Shown here: positions 51,589-64,000 of the stretch, one piece after another
How the letters are laid out: each line of letters opens with the position of its first letter
How positions within the stretch are numbered: position 1 is the stretch's first letter
NCBI GenBank assembly: GCA_938091085.1
Contig: CALKOC010000021.1
Coordinates: forward strand, 8,487 to 72,486
Length of the DNA: 64,000 bases
DNA from: an uncultured Alphaproteobacteria bacterium
Lineage (GTDB): Bacteria > Pseudomonadota > Alphaproteobacteria > RS24
Direction: 5' to 3'
Notes under the pieces: generated by a model
Database searches by the model: none
Seen by the model: the letters and a program-made list of their open reading frames with translations, nothing else
Told to the model about the DNA's origin: nothing
Program-made: the position numbers and the translations under genes

Positions 51589-52707
51589 ATGAAAGTGACA
51601 ATTGAACAGGGCGCCCTCCTAAAAGCACTTGAACATGTTCAGAGTGTTGTGGAGCGAAGAAATACAATCCCAATCCTGTCTAATGTTGTTCTGGAAGCTC
51701 AGAATGGAGCTTTGTTGCTTACAGCGACTGATCTTGAAATAGAAATCAAAGAGAGTATCGAAGCTGAAGTTGCCGAAACTGGTGCCACAACGGCCCCGGC
51801 GCACATGCTTTATGATATTGTTAATAAATTACCGGCCGGCAGTCAGGTCAATCTTTCCAAAGACGAGGCCGCGACACAATTGAGTTTGAACTCCGGCAGC
51901 TCCTCCTTCGTTCTGCAGAGCCTCCCCCGTGAGGACTTCCCATCTCTGACATTAGGTGACATGCCGCATGCCTTTGCTTTGCCGGCGGGGGATTTGCTTA
52001 GGCTGATTGATAAAACCCGTTTTGCTATTTCAAATGAAGATACACGTCATTATCTAAACGGCATTTATCTTCACATTGTTGATGAGAATAGCACATCCAT
52101 GTTACGCGCTGTTGCCACTGACGGCCACCGTCTGGCTCAGGCACAATGTCCGCAACCTGTCGGCGCAAATGAGATGCCGGCAATTATTGTGCCGCGCAAA
52201 ACAGTCAATGAGCTTCAAAAATTATTGAAAAACTCAAGTGGTGAAGTTTCAGCACAGGTTTCTGAAACCAAGATTAACTTCTCGCATGAGAATATTTCAC
52301 TTACGTCAAAACTAATTGACGGTAAGTTTCCCGATTATAATCGTGTTATTCCGTCTAATAATGACAAACGCCTCTCAGTAGACGCCAAAGCTTTCGTGCA
52401 ATGCGTGGACAGAGTATCTGCCGTTTCTAATGAACGTTCACGCGCCGTTAAGCTTAGTTTAGCGAATGACTCGTTAACCTTCACAGTTTCAAACCCTGAA
52501 AGTGGGAGCGCGACTGATGAATTGGGGGTTGGTTATAGTGCCGATTCACTCGATATCGGTTTTAATGCCCGTTATCTTTTGGATATTACCGGTCAGTTGG
52601 ATGGTGATATGGCGATCTTTGAATTAGCGGACTCAGGTTCACCAACTCTTATTCGCGATGAGCAGGATGCCGACGCGCTTTATGTCCTCATGCCAATGCG
52701 GGTTTGA
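51589..52707 (+). CDS. dnaN: DNA polymerase III beta sliding clamp
   Basis: 372 aa. MKVTIEQGALLKAL...V.RRNTIPILSNV.L N-terminus and a three-domain length. Confidence 0.96.
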   Translation: MKVTIEQGALLKALEHVQSVVERRNTIPILSNVVLEAQNGALLLTATDLEIEIKESIEAEVAETGATTAPAHMLYDIVNKLPAGSQVNLSKDEAATQLSLNSGSSSFVLQSLPREDFPSLTLGDMPHAFALPAGDLLRLIDKTRFAISNEDTRHYLNGIYLHIVDENSTSMLRAVATDGHRLAQAQCPQPVGANEMPAIIVPRKTVNELQKLLKNSSGEVSAQVSETKINFSHENISLTSKLIDGKFPDYNRVIPSNNDKRLSVDAKAFVQCVDRVSAVSNERSRAVKLSLANDSLTFTVSNPESGSATDELGVGYSADSLDIGFNARYLLDITGQLDGDMAIFELADSGSPTLIRDEQDADALYVLMPMRV

Positions 52708-52712
52708 GGCGC

Positions 52713-53909
52713 ATGCTTCAAACCAACCATGACTTACCTGACGGCGCAATAAAAGGCGCCAAAGGAAGCGTGGCAAATACTGCAAATGATAAAATATTTT
52801 CTCCGTCTATTGCCGAACTGAAACTGACTGACTTCAGGTCGCATGCGAAAGCTCATATTGTTACTGGCGAGGGAATTGTTGTTCTGTCAGGCGATAATGG
52901 TGTCGGCAAAACCAATATTCTTGAAGCAATTTCTATGCTCGGCCCGGGGCGGGGTTTGCGAACTGCAAAATTAGCCGATTTGGCGCGGCGGGATGGAGCG
53001 CATGGGTGGTCTGTGTCGGCGCTGGTGCGCACACAAGAAGAAGATATTCAAATTGGGGTAGGCATTGATCCTAATGCTGATACGCGCCGTCTCCGCATTG
53101 ATGGACAAAACGTCAAAGGGTTTGACCGTCTTACTGTGATGTTGCCTCAATTGTGGCTTACGCCAGCAATGGATAGGTTATTTGTTGATGGTGCCTCTGG
53201 TCGGCGCAAGTTTCTCGACCGCTATGCGTTGGGTCTGTCGCCGCAACATGCAAAAATGTCTCAAGATTATGAGCGCGCCATGCGTGAGCGTAATCGTCTT
53301 TTACAAGAAGACCCGTCTTCCGATAGTTGGCTTGAGAGTCTGGAAAGCAATATGGCGGTATCGGGTGTTGCGATTGCGGATGCCCGCCTAACCGCACTAG
53401 ATGCATTGGCGTCAGGGTTACAGCATAGCCATGATGCTTTCCCCGAAGCTGAAATTGCACTTGAAGGCTGGATCGAAGCCGCTTTGCGGCAAGACTCGGC
53501 GCTGGATGTTGAAGATGCTTTCCGTTTGCATTTGAAGAAAGCGCGCGGGCTTGACGCATCTGTTGGCCGAACACTTGAAGGACCGCATCGCAGTGATTTA
53601 ATCGTCCGTCATAAGGGTAAAGATATGCCCGCATCTGATTGCTCGACGGGTGAACAAAAAGCTCTGCTTGTCGGGCTGGTTCTGGCGCAAGCGCGTGTCA
53701 TGTCGGGTGAGACTGGGCGCGTACCACTTTTATTGCTGGATGAAGTTGCCGCCCATCTGGATGGTACACGCCGGGCAGCGCTGATTGAGGTAATCGAGAA
53801 CCTTGGTGCACAGGCCTGGATTACCGGAACTGATCCAGCGGTTTTTCAGCAGATTGCGTTTACAGGAACACACTTAACTTTTGACGGGCAGCTCATCAAG
53901 AACGCCTGA
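52713..53909 (+). CDS. recF: DNA replication and repair protein RecF
   Basis: Walker A GDNGVGKTNILEA, signature region and Walker B LLLLDEV. The start is uncertain (ATG 52713, or a later GTG). There is an N-terminal extension of roughly 30 aa relative to the conserved I..L.L..FR core. Confidence 0.9.
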   Translation: MLQTNHDLPDGAIKGAKGSVANTANDKIFSPSIAELKLTDFRSHAKAHIVTGEGIVVLSGDNGVGKTNILEAISMLGPGRGLRTAKLADLARRDGAHGWSVSALVRTQEEDIQIGVGIDPNADTRRLRIDGQNVKGFDRLTVMLPQLWLTPAMDRLFVDGASGRRKFLDRYALGLSPQHAKMSQDYERAMRERNRLLQEDPSSDSWLESLESNMAVSGVAIADARLTALDALASGLQHSHDAFPEAEIALEGWIEAALRQDSALDVEDAFRLHLKKARGLDASVGRTLEGPHRSDLIVRHKGKDMPASDCSTGEQKALLVGLVLAQARVMSGETGRVPLLLLDEVAAHLDGTRRAALIEVIENLGAQAWITGTDPAVFQQIAFTGTHLTFDGQLIKNA

Positions 53910-53912
53910 TAA

Positions 53913-57022
<3,110 letters not shown>

Positions 57023-57095
57023 GGCTTATTCTATGCTACAGAATGTTGAACAGTGTCAATGAGAAGTATAAACGCTTGATAAGGATGTCACGGCC

Positions 57096-57698
57096 ATGCA
57101 ATTGGATAACCTTGAAAACATAAAAAATGGTTTCCGGTCACTTCAGACCTTCGGTTTCTGCCTCTATCTTTGCCTTTGCCTGACAATCTTAACTGTTCCG
57201 TTGGGAGCCAATGCTCAAGGTTTTGGTAAAGAAAATGACATGGTTAAGGGCGCAAAAAGTAATAGCGTCGGCGTCATGGAGCGCGGATTTATTGAAGGCC
57301 ATAGCCCCAATAGTCGAAGCCGTGAAGGTGACCCAGTGCTCGTTATTGTTTCAGAAAACGGTTATGAACTTGGTGTTAGGTATCTGATTTCAAGAGGGGC
57401 TAGGGTCAATGATCGCGGCCTCAACAACCGGACGCCGCTTGGGGTGGCTGCAGCGGCAGGTTATTCAGCTATCCTCGAACATTTGCTAAAAGGAGGTGCA
57501 GACCCTGATAAAACAGGTCTGCGCCGTGAAGTGCCGCTTATTAGGGCCGCACGAAATGGTCACCTTGAGGCTGTGAAGGTGCTGATAGAAAACGGCGCTT
57601 ATCCTGACGATACGGATTTAACCGGTCGGACGGCACTCGATTGGGCACGTGAACAACGCCATCGGAAAATTGTATCTTATTTAGAAGCTCAAGAGTAA
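57096..57698 (+). CDS. Exported ankyrin-repeat protein
   Basis: Signal-like segment FGFCLYLCLCLTILTVPLGANA-QG followed by about four ankyrin repeats (...G..VN.R......TPLG.AA..G......LL..GADPD...PLI.AA..GH.E.V..L...GA.PD..D..G.TAL.WA...). Its TAA is immediately followed by the regB ATG. Confidence 0.7.
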   Translation: MQLDNLENIKNGFRSLQTFGFCLYLCLCLTILTVPLGANAQGFGKENDMVKGAKSNSVGVMERGFIEGHSPNSRSREGDPVLVIVSENGYELGVRYLISRGARVNDRGLNNRTPLGVAAAAGYSAILEHLLKGGADPDKTGLRREVPLIRAARNGHLEAVKVLIENGAYPDDTDLTGRTALDWAREQRHRKIVSYLEAQE

Positions 57699-59039
57699 AT
57701 GTCTGAAAAAATCGCTGACGCTAATTTTTATGGTGGCACTCGCCAATCAGCTCAGTTTCTGACCCGTGATGCGGGGGTGCTTCTGCGGGTGCAAACACTA
57801 CTACGTTGGCTGGCGGTTTCCGGACAATCGGTAACAATTTTTATTGTAGGCTTTGTGCTTGAGTACCAAATGCCACTTTTGCCGTGTATTGGGCTGGTCT
57901 TAATGTCCGTGGCGGTCAATATTGGCCTTTGGCTTTATTATCCATCGAATTATCGTCTATCGCCAAAATTTGCTGCAGCCTATCTATTGTATGATTTACT
58001 GCAGTTGACTGCGCTTTTGTTTATGACAGGCGGTCTTGCTAATCCTTTTATTGTGATGATTCTTGCACCCGTGACTGTCTCCGCAACGGTTTTGACTGCA
58101 AGAGCCACTTTGTTGTTGGTGGGTGTGTCTTGTGCGGCTATCAGCTTGTTGGCCTATTTCCATATGCCGCTGCCTTGGAAAGGGGAGCCACCGAATTTTC
58201 CTGAAATTTATCTGCTTGGCGTTTGGGCGGCCTTAATGCTTGGTTTGGCATTTATTTCGGCTTACGTCTGGCGCATTAGCCATGAGGGACGTCGGATGAC
58301 TGCAGCGAGTACGGCCTTGCAACAAGTGCTTGCCCGGGAGCACAGATTATCTGCCCTGGATGGATTGGCTGCCGCCGCCGCTCATCAGCTTGGGACACCA
58401 CTTGGGACAATCGGTCTGATAGCTAAGGAATTACAATCTAGCCCACTCGTGGACAGTGAGTTAGCAGAGGATTTGCAATCTTTGCTCACCGAAACAAAGC
58501 GTTGCAAGGAAATACTGTCCTCTCTAACTACACAATCTGATCAGGGAGACACTATTTTTTCTCGTATGTCCCTGTCTGCACTTATACAAGAAGCCATTGA
58601 TGAAGCTGGCGGGCATGATAAGGATATCTTCGTAAAGATTGAGCCTGAGGACATATCCGAGCCTTATGTTATCCGACAGCCTGAAATTATTTATGGTCTA
58701 GGAAATCTCATTGAGAATGCAGGAGAATTTGCAATAAATTCGGTCGCTGTTACGTCCAGAATTGAGGCGCAAAGTATTGAAATTTGTGTGTCTGATGACG
58801 GTCCGGGCTTTGCCTATGATATTCTTCCCCGATTGGGTGAACCTTGGTTGACCTCGCGTCCGGCTTCAGGCGATATGACAGCGCAATCTGGCATGGGTTT
58901 AGGGTTTTTTATTGCCAAAACTTTGCTGGAGAGAACCGGTGGACAAGTCGTGGCGACAAATAAAACATCACCTGAAAAGGGGGCAGTGATTAAAATAACA
59001 TGGTCACGTGCGCTTTTAGAGACTATTCCTGAAGCTTGA
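57699..59039 (+). CDS. regB: Redox-sensing histidine kinase RegB/PrrB/ActS
   Basis: Six-TM N-terminal half containing the quinone-site heptapeptide GGLANPF, H-box AAAAHQLGTPLGTI, redox-Cys context TKRCKEIL, and an HATPase domain. Confidence 0.85.
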   Translation: MSEKIADANFYGGTRQSAQFLTRDAGVLLRVQTLLRWLAVSGQSVTIFIVGFVLEYQMPLLPCIGLVLMSVAVNIGLWLYYPSNYRLSPKFAAAYLLYDLLQLTALLFMTGGLANPFIVMILAPVTVSATVLTARATLLLVGVSCAAISLLAYFHMPLPWKGEPPNFPEIYLLGVWAALMLGLAFISAYVWRISHEGRRMTAASTALQQVLAREHRLSALDGLAAAAAHQLGTPLGTIGLIAKELQSSPLVDSELAEDLQSLLTETKRCKEILSSLTTQSDQGDTIFSRMSLSALIQEAIDEAGGHDKDIFVKIEPEDISEPYVIRQPEIIYGLGNLIENAGEFAINSVAVTSRIEAQSIEICVSDDGPGFAYDILPRLGEPWLTSRPASGDMTAQSGMGLGFFIAKTLLERTGGQVVATNKTSPEKGAVIKITWSRALLETIPEA

Positions 59040-59113
59040 AATAGCAATAATCACCAAAAGTTCTCAGAACCATTAGCTGCAAATTTGCGTATTGAGTTTG
59101 TTAACCTATATAT

Positions 59114-59713
59114 ATGTTAGAACCTGCATCGGTTAATGAGGATATTGTGACTGATAATGCGCAAGATACAGAAGAAAGCATACTCCCAGAGGGTAAAACC
59201 ATGCTTTTGGTTGACGACGACCTGCCATGGTTGACACGGCTTGCCCGTGCTATGGAACGTCGTGGGTATATCGTCAGTATTGCTGATAATGTGGCTGAAG
59301 GGTTGGTGCTGGCTAAAAGCGTCAAGCCTGCCTACGCTGTCGTGGATATGCGTCTTCAGGATGGTAATGGCATGGATGTTATTGAAGCTGTCCAACAGGC
59401 GAACCCTGATGGGCGTGTGATTATGCTCACCGGTTATGGTAATATCACAACTGCTGTTGAAGCTGTTAAAAAGGGAGCGGTGGATTATCTTGCCAAGCCT
59501 GCCGATGCTGATGAGATCGAAGCGGCTCTTACGGTAAATGGTGCCTCCAAACCAAAACCACCTGAAAACCCTATGTCTGCAGACCGTGTAAGGTGGGAGC
59601 ATATTCAGCGTGTATATGAGCTTTGCGACCGCAATGTTTCTGAGACGGCGCGGCGGTTAAATATGCATCGTCGCACGTTACAAAGAATTCTTGCTAAACG
59701 CGCACCCCGATAA
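59114..59713 (+). CDS. regA: Response regulator RegA/PrrA/ActR
   Basis: Receiver domain (LLVDDD...VVDMRL.DG) and the highly conserved RegA HTH ...NVSETARRLNMHRRTLQRILAKRAPR. Confidence 0.9.
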   Translation: MLEPASVNEDIVTDNAQDTEESILPEGKTMLLVDDDLPWLTRLARAMERRGYIVSIADNVAEGLVLAKSVKPAYAVVDMRLQDGNGMDVIEAVQQANPDGRVIMLTGYGNITTAVEAVKKGAVDYLAKPADADEIEAALTVNGASKPKPPENPMSADRVRWEHIQRVYELCDRNVSETARRLNMHRRTLQRILAKRAPR

Positions 59714-59734
59714 ATTAGAAGAGAACTAAAGCTG

Positions 59735-60763
59735 TTAAGCCCTCTTCTCCTGTAAAGAGGTGGAGATATGACTATTCGTTGGCTCTTTATCCAAGGCCGG
59801 CTCTTCAAAAGCCGGAAGCGCCTCGATACCCAATTTAGACATCAGGGCGGCATCCTTATCGCGTCCCGGATTGTCAGTTGTTAGCAGTTCATCACCGACA
59901 AAAATTGAATTTGCACCAGCAAAGAAACACAGTGCCTGCATTTCATCTGACATTTCTTCACGCCCTGCCGAAAGTCTCACAGTAGATCGGGGCATCATTA
60001 TTCGAGCGACAGCGATACAACGGACAAAGTCAATTGAATGGGGAAGATTGACATTTTCAAGCTTAGTACCGGGAATGGCAATGAGCTGGTTAATCGGAAT
60101 AGAGTCCGGGTGGGTGGCAAGATTTGCCAGTGTGCGAAGCATCTCAGCTCGATCAAGTATTTTCTCTCCCATCCCAATAATGCCGCCACAGCAGACTTTC
60201 ATGCCACTATCTCTAACCACATCGAGCGTATCAAGGCGATCTTGGAAGGTTCTTGTTGTGATGATTTCAGCGTAAAATTCTTCGGAGGTATCTATGTTGT
60301 GATTATAATAATCCAACCCGGCAGCAGCTAATTCTTTTGCTTGCTCCTCAGTCAGCATGCCGAGTGTTGCGCATGTTTCCATACCCATGTCCCGTACGCC
60401 GCTTATCATAGCCTTAAGGTTTTCCATATCCCGGTCTTTTGGTGAACGCCATGCTGCGCCCATACAATAGCGTGTTGCGCCGCCTTCTTTGGCTTTACGT
60501 GCTTCGCTCAAAACTTCTTCAACGGCCATGAGTTTGCTGGCGCCCAAATCTGACTCGGCAAATGCCGATTGGCTGCAATAGCCACAATCCTCTGGACACC
60601 CACCTGTTTTAATAGATAGAAGCTGGCACATTTGTACTTCATTCGGATTGAAAAATTTCCGATGAATTGTCTGGGCTTTAAAAATCAGATCATTGAAAGG
60701 GAGGTCAAAAAGGGTCTGCACTTCATCTGCAGTCCAATCATGGCGTATTATTTGAGTGGTCAT
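59735..60763 (-). CDS. bioB: Biotin synthase
   Basis: Radical-SAM motif [13 protein letters not shown] and [11 protein letters not shown] 60763 (MTTQII...) has AGAGG upstream. The listed start at 60850 adds 29 unsupported residues. Confidence 0.94.
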   Translation of the reverse strand: MTTQIIRHDWTADEVQTLFDLPFNDLIFKAQTIHRKFFNPNEVQMCQLLSIKTGGCPEDCGYCSQSAFAESDLGASKLMAVEEVLSEARKAKEGGATRYCMGAAWRSPKDRDMENLKAMISGVRDMGMETCATLGMLTEEQAKELAAAGLDYYNHNIDTSEEFYAEIITTRTFQDRLDTLDVVRDSGMKVCCGGIIGMGEKILDRAEMLRTLANLATHPDSIPINQLIAIPGTKLENVNLPHSIDFVRCIAVARIMMPRSTVRLSAGREEMSDEMQALCFFAGANSIFVGDELLTTDNPGRDKDAALMSKLGIEALPAFEEPALDKEPTNSHISTSLQEKRA

Positions 60764-60849
60764 ATTTACCTCTTTTGTGATTAGCCAATTTACGATTTTT
60801 AAGTGATTATGCAAGCCTAGTGCTCGATTATGCCTTAGAAAGATAGTCA

Positions 60850-61164
60850 ATGGTTACATCCAATAAAGTGGACGAAAAAGCACAAGTGAAGCCTTGCTAT
60901 GCCTATGTGCTTGGCTCATGGTCCGATTGCGCCAAGGGCGGGAGTCCGCGTCTTTATTCTGGTTGGACGCATGATCTTGAAAAACGACTAGCAGCCCACA
61001 ATGCTGGAAAAGGCGCTAAGGCCACCAGAGGCCGAGTTTGGCAGATTTTACATTTTGAAACATTTAAAACCCGTGGGGCAGCAATGTCCCGTGAGGCCGA
61101 GCTTAAAAAAACTTTAAAAACCAATCAATCTTTGCGCCAAGAAATGTTCGCCCGCAAAGAATAG
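60850..61164 (+). CDS. GIY-YIG nuclease-superfamily small protein (UPF0213/YhbQ-like)
   Basis: CYAYVLGS...[26 protein letters not shown]...F.T...[10 protein letters not shown] follows the GIY-YIG pattern. 104 aa. Confidence 0.72.
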   Translation: MVTSNKVDEKAQVKPCYAYVLGSWSDCAKGGSPRLYSGWTHDLEKRLAAHNAGKGAKATRGRVWQILHFETFKTRGAAMSREAELKKTLKTNQSLRQEMFARKE

Positions 61165-61214
61165 CGCTCTCTCCTGCTTATATGGCTTATACGGCTTGTG
61201 AGGATTAAGTGTCT

Positions 61215-62015
61215 TTAAGTGGTCTCAAAAGCTGTTACGTCTATCCAGCCAAAATCGTCTGAGAGGAAGTGAAGATTGTTCCCTGTGCGCTGACGTTCCA
61301 TCGCGCAGAGAGACCAGTTATTACTTATCTTCATACCCAGTAATTTACTTAAAGACGAGGCGTCATAGCGTTGGATTTTATCCATTTTGATATAGTTCTG
61401 AATAAGGTCAAATACCTTCGAGCCGATAATGTCCGCCGCTTCGTTCATGCCACTTTCCCGCAAATGGTCGAAAATGGCATATTGAGGTTTTATGGCTGTA
61501 ACAAAATTTTTCAGAATATTAGGTGTCAGATAATAGCTGATACCTTCCATAATCAAAAAAGTTGGTCTGTGCTGATGCCAACCAGCGCGTTTCAATTTGT
61601 CGATAATTGACGATGTGTCGGCAAGATCGCCCTCAATAAGATGAAGTCTTGGATTACTGATTAATTCTGCTTTTATGGACATTTGTTCGCGGTCAATTTC
61701 AAAAATGTCTAAATCATTGTGGCGTTGCGTCAATTCCAACCCCAGCGGGTCAAGACCTGCGGCACCTGATATGATTTGCAGTGAAGGGTTTTTAGCCAAA
61801 GTTTCATTGATATGATGGAGGATCGTGTACTTGCGATTGAAAATGACTTCCGCATATTGCGGCCAAATAGCATTACAATCATCATGTAGGCTCTTTCCGG
61901 CTGACAGGTCGAGATGGGAAAGATAATCCTTTACAGCTTTGGAGTGATAAACCTGACCCTGCAAAAAACGCAGTACCAGTGCTGACGTCTCTGATAATTT
62001 TATAGATTCTACCAT
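61215..62015 (-). CDS. Class I SAM-dependent methyltransferase (leucine-carboxyl / TcmP-like O-methyltransferase family)
   Basis: 266 aa. IISGAAGLDPLGLEL...IFEIDREQM...GDLAD...PTFLIMEGISYYL resembles the LCM-type methyltransferase core. Substrate unknown. Confidence 0.55.
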   Translation of the reverse strand: MVESIKLSETSALVLRFLQGQVYHSKAVKDYLSHLDLSAGKSLHDDCNAIWPQYAEVIFNRKYTILHHINETLAKNPSLQIISGAAGLDPLGLELTQRHNDLDIFEIDREQMSIKAELISNPRLHLIEGDLADTSSIIDKLKRAGWHQHRPTFLIMEGISYYLTPNILKNFVTAIKPQYAIFDHLRESGMNEAADIIGSKVFDLIQNYIKMDKIQRYDASSLSKLLGMKISNNWSLCAMERQRTGNNLHFLSDDFGWIDVTAFETT

Positions 62016-62164
62016 TTTATTTTTCTTTTTTTATTACCTGATAATACCAATAATTCTGAAGGAAGAAACAATTGGTTTATCCGTTAGGAGCTTTTATTGC
62101 GTCTGGCAGAATATGTGTCTAGGTTGAGCAATAATGTGAAAATAGTTCAGAGGGGACTACGATT

Positions 62165-63328
62165 ATGAATAATGAAAAAGAATTCAGTCTGGTTGTGTAT
62201 GGTGCCAGCGGCTTTACAGGGCGTTTGGTTGCTGAATACCTTGCTGCACAATATGGCGACAATCTGAAATGGGCTATGGCCGGTCGTAATGAAGAAAAGC
62301 TTAAATCAGTCAGAGAAGAAGTGGGTGCAGGTGATGTGCCGCTAATCATCGCCGACTCTGATGACGAGGCCTCTTTAAAAAATATGGTTGCTCGGACAGA
62401 TGTTGTTCTAACAACGACAGGGCCTTATCAGCTTTATGGAGAGGGTTTGCTCAAAGCCTGCGCCGATGCGGGTACGCATTATGTTGATTTATGCGGTGAG
62501 CCGGGCTGGATGTATGACATGATTGGTAAATATCAGGATACAGCCAGCAATAGCGGCGCTCGTCTGGTGTTTAGCTGTGGCTTTGACTCAGTTCCATTTG
62601 ATTTAGGTGTGCAATATGTTCAAAAAGCAGCCATTGAAAAATGGGGTAAGCCAGCAGGACGTGTCAGAGGTCGTGTTCGCGCAATGAATGGCGAGTTTTC
62701 CGGTGGTACTGCCGCGTCATTTAAAGAAACCGTGAAATCTTTAGAGACACGCCCGGAGCTTTTCAACGTGCTGATTGACCCTTTCTGTCTGGCTGGCAAA
62801 GCCGGCCCGGAGCAACCCGCTGATAACAAGCCTTATGAAGATGAAGTGCTGGGGGCATGGGTTGCGCCTTTTATCATGGCAGCGATTAACACTAAAAATG
62901 TTCACCGCTCAAATGCTCTTATGGATTATGCCTATGGTGAGGATTTTCTTTATGACGAAATGATGGTGACGGGTGTGGGAGACGAGGGCAAAGCTGTTGC
63001 TGAATTCGTTGCCAAAGCCTCACCACTTGATGGTGATGATGTGCCTCAGCCGGGGGAAGGCCCGTCAAAGGAAAAGCGTGAGTCCGGCAATTATGATGTG
63101 CTGTTTCTCGCTGAAGGCGCAGATGGTTCAGTCCTCAAAGCCTCCGTTAAAGGAGATATGGATCCGGGATATGGCTCGACCTCCAAAATGATTGCGGAGA
63201 GTGCTTTGTGTCTGGTGCAAGATTGTGGGGAACTTAAGGGAGGTATTTATACCGCCGCTTCCGCTATGGGCGATAAGCTTGTTTCCCGACTTGAGGCCAA
63301 TGCCGGTCTCACATTTAGTATGGAATAA
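62165..63328 (+). CDS. Saccharopine dehydrogenase-like NAD(P)-binding oxidoreductase family protein
   Basis: N-terminal Rossmann motif VVYGASGFTGRLVAEYL and a length of 387 aa, typical of this family. Confidence 0.75.
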   Translation: MNNEKEFSLVVYGASGFTGRLVAEYLAAQYGDNLKWAMAGRNEEKLKSVREEVGAGDVPLIIADSDDEASLKNMVARTDVVLTTTGPYQLYGEGLLKACADAGTHYVDLCGEPGWMYDMIGKYQDTASNSGARLVFSCGFDSVPFDLGVQYVQKAAIEKWGKPAGRVRGRVRAMNGEFSGGTAASFKETVKSLETRPELFNVLIDPFCLAGKAGPEQPADNKPYEDEVLGAWVAPFIMAAINTKNVHRSNALMDYAYGEDFLYDEMMVTGVGDEGKAVAEFVAKASPLDGDDVPQPGEGPSKEKRESGNYDVLFLAEGADGSVLKASVKGDMDPGYGSTSKMIAESALCLVQDCGELKGGIYTAASAMGDKLVSRLEANAGLTFSME

Positions 63329-63332
63329 TTAA

Positions 63333-63418
63333 ATAGGGAGACAGTTCTCGGTTGGAGGACGGGAGGGGAAAGTTGTCACTCGCTAATTCCCCGCGCGCGC
63401 CTGAGGCTGTCTCCCTAT
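63333..63418. repeat. 86-nt element bounded by perfect 12-bp inverted repeats (ATAGGGAGACAG ... CTGTCTCCCTAT)
   Basis: Arms at 63333-63344 and 63407-63418. An inner GGGGAA/TTCCCC stem lies at 63365-63370 and 63387-63392. The interior is GC-rich (CGCGCGCGCC). It lies between convergent genes. Confidence 0.5.
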
Positions 63419-63442
63419 AACTTATCTAGACTTAAGGTTTGC

Positions 63443-64000
63443 CTAGAAATTCCTGCGAATAGAAACGCGTGCATTTAGCGGCTCGCCCACTGTGGCTTGA
63501 TGAGTGCTATGCGCATGTGGGAAGTACAACTCATCAGTTAAATTTTCAATGTTGAGTTGAAGCGTCATATCCTCATCAATATCGTAATAAGCAGCCAAGT
63601 CGACCCGTGTGTAATCCGGCAGGATAGGGGTTGCGCTATCATTTTTGATATTGGACTCGCCTTGATGTGTCACGCCAAGGCCGACGCCCAGTTTCTCAGT
63701 AACCTGATAGGTGCTCCAGACTGAGAAAGTATATTCGGGAATTTCACGCGGTTCCCCGCCTGAGCTGGTTTCACCGTCAAAATTACTGTAGCCGGCTGCG
63801 ATAGTGAGTTGGTCAGTTAGTTGGCCTTTAAGTTCCAGCTCAATGCCGTCTACTGACAGCCCCAACACTTCTGAAGCCTCGCCGGTTACACTATCCCGCA
63901 CAGCTTGCGTTTGCTCACTGTCAAAGTAACTCATGGTGAAGCTCAAATTTGGCCTGATGTCCCATTTGATACCGAATTCGACATTTTCAAAAACATCCGG
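63443..64000 (-). CDS. TonB-dependent outer-membrane receptor, C-terminal fragment (5' end beyond the window)
   Basis: The frame stays open to base 64000. Beta-barrel C-terminus ...LQLNIENLTDELYF...NARVSIRRNF with a terminal Phe. Confidence 0.8.
   Translation of the reverse strand, partial: PDVFENVEFGIKWDIRPNLSFTMSYFDSEQTQAVRDSVTGEASEVLGLSVDGIELELKGQLTDQLTIAAGYSNFDGETSSGGEPREIPEYTFSVWSTYQVTEKLGVGLGVTHQGESNIKNDSATPILPDYTRVDLAAYYDIDEDMTLQLNIENLTDELYFPHAHSTHQATVGEPLNARVSIRRNF

Noticed and set aside
61215-62015. Low-GC horizontally acquired islet around the methyltransferase.
   Set aside because: Hand counts of two 60-nt lines gave about 42% and 48% GC, not clearly different from the neighbours. 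There are no flanking repeats, tRNA or integrase.

Overview
This is a 64-kb stretch of a compact alphaproteobacterial chromosome. By hand tally about 4 kb is non-coding, and GC looks to be in the high 40s by eye. I call 62 protein-coding genes, two of them truncated by the window edges. I found no rRNA, tRNA, CRISPR array, transposase, integrase or phage genes. The content is almost entirely core housekeeping, arranged in blocks whose order is typical of Alphaproteobacteria: maeB / mutS-glnD-murJ-trpS; tsaB-rimI-fur-plsC-miaB-phoH-ybeY-corC-lnt-xre-metK-trmB; rimP-nusA-ylxR-infB-rbfA-truB-rpsO-pnp; fabA-fabB divergent from irr; coaBC-dut-rrf2-cysK-moeB; ubiE-ubiB / mutM; rpsT; rhodanese-dnaA-dnaN-recF-gyrB; sco / ankyrin-regB-regA; bioB. 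I do not see a convincing new multi-gene system such as a defence island, and I say so plainly. The most interesting signals are regulatory or non-coding. (1) A perfect Irr-type iron control element (TTTAGAA-N3-TTCTAAA) sits 8 nt after the irr stop codon. It abuts a near-consensus promoter that drives a rubrerythrin / CCG-type Fe-S protein / DUF3501 module of unknown function, and a nested GAGAC/GTCTC hairpin lies inside that module. (2) A 593-nt AT-rich gap upstream of rhodanese-dnaA is by far the largest non-coding region in the window. It and the rpsT leader carry a recurring same-strand TTATCGGGA motif, a 35-nt A tract and 10-bp-phased repeats. (3) A hairpin upstream of metK has a loop complementary to the Shine-Dalgarno sequence, which resembles a SAM-riboswitch pseudoknot. 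(4) A signal-peptide ankyrin protein has a stop codon that abuts the regB start codon, next to sco. (5) Several exact palindromes and phased direct repeats lie in divergent promoter regions. All functional calls rest on my reading of the translated ORFs and motifs. No database search was run.
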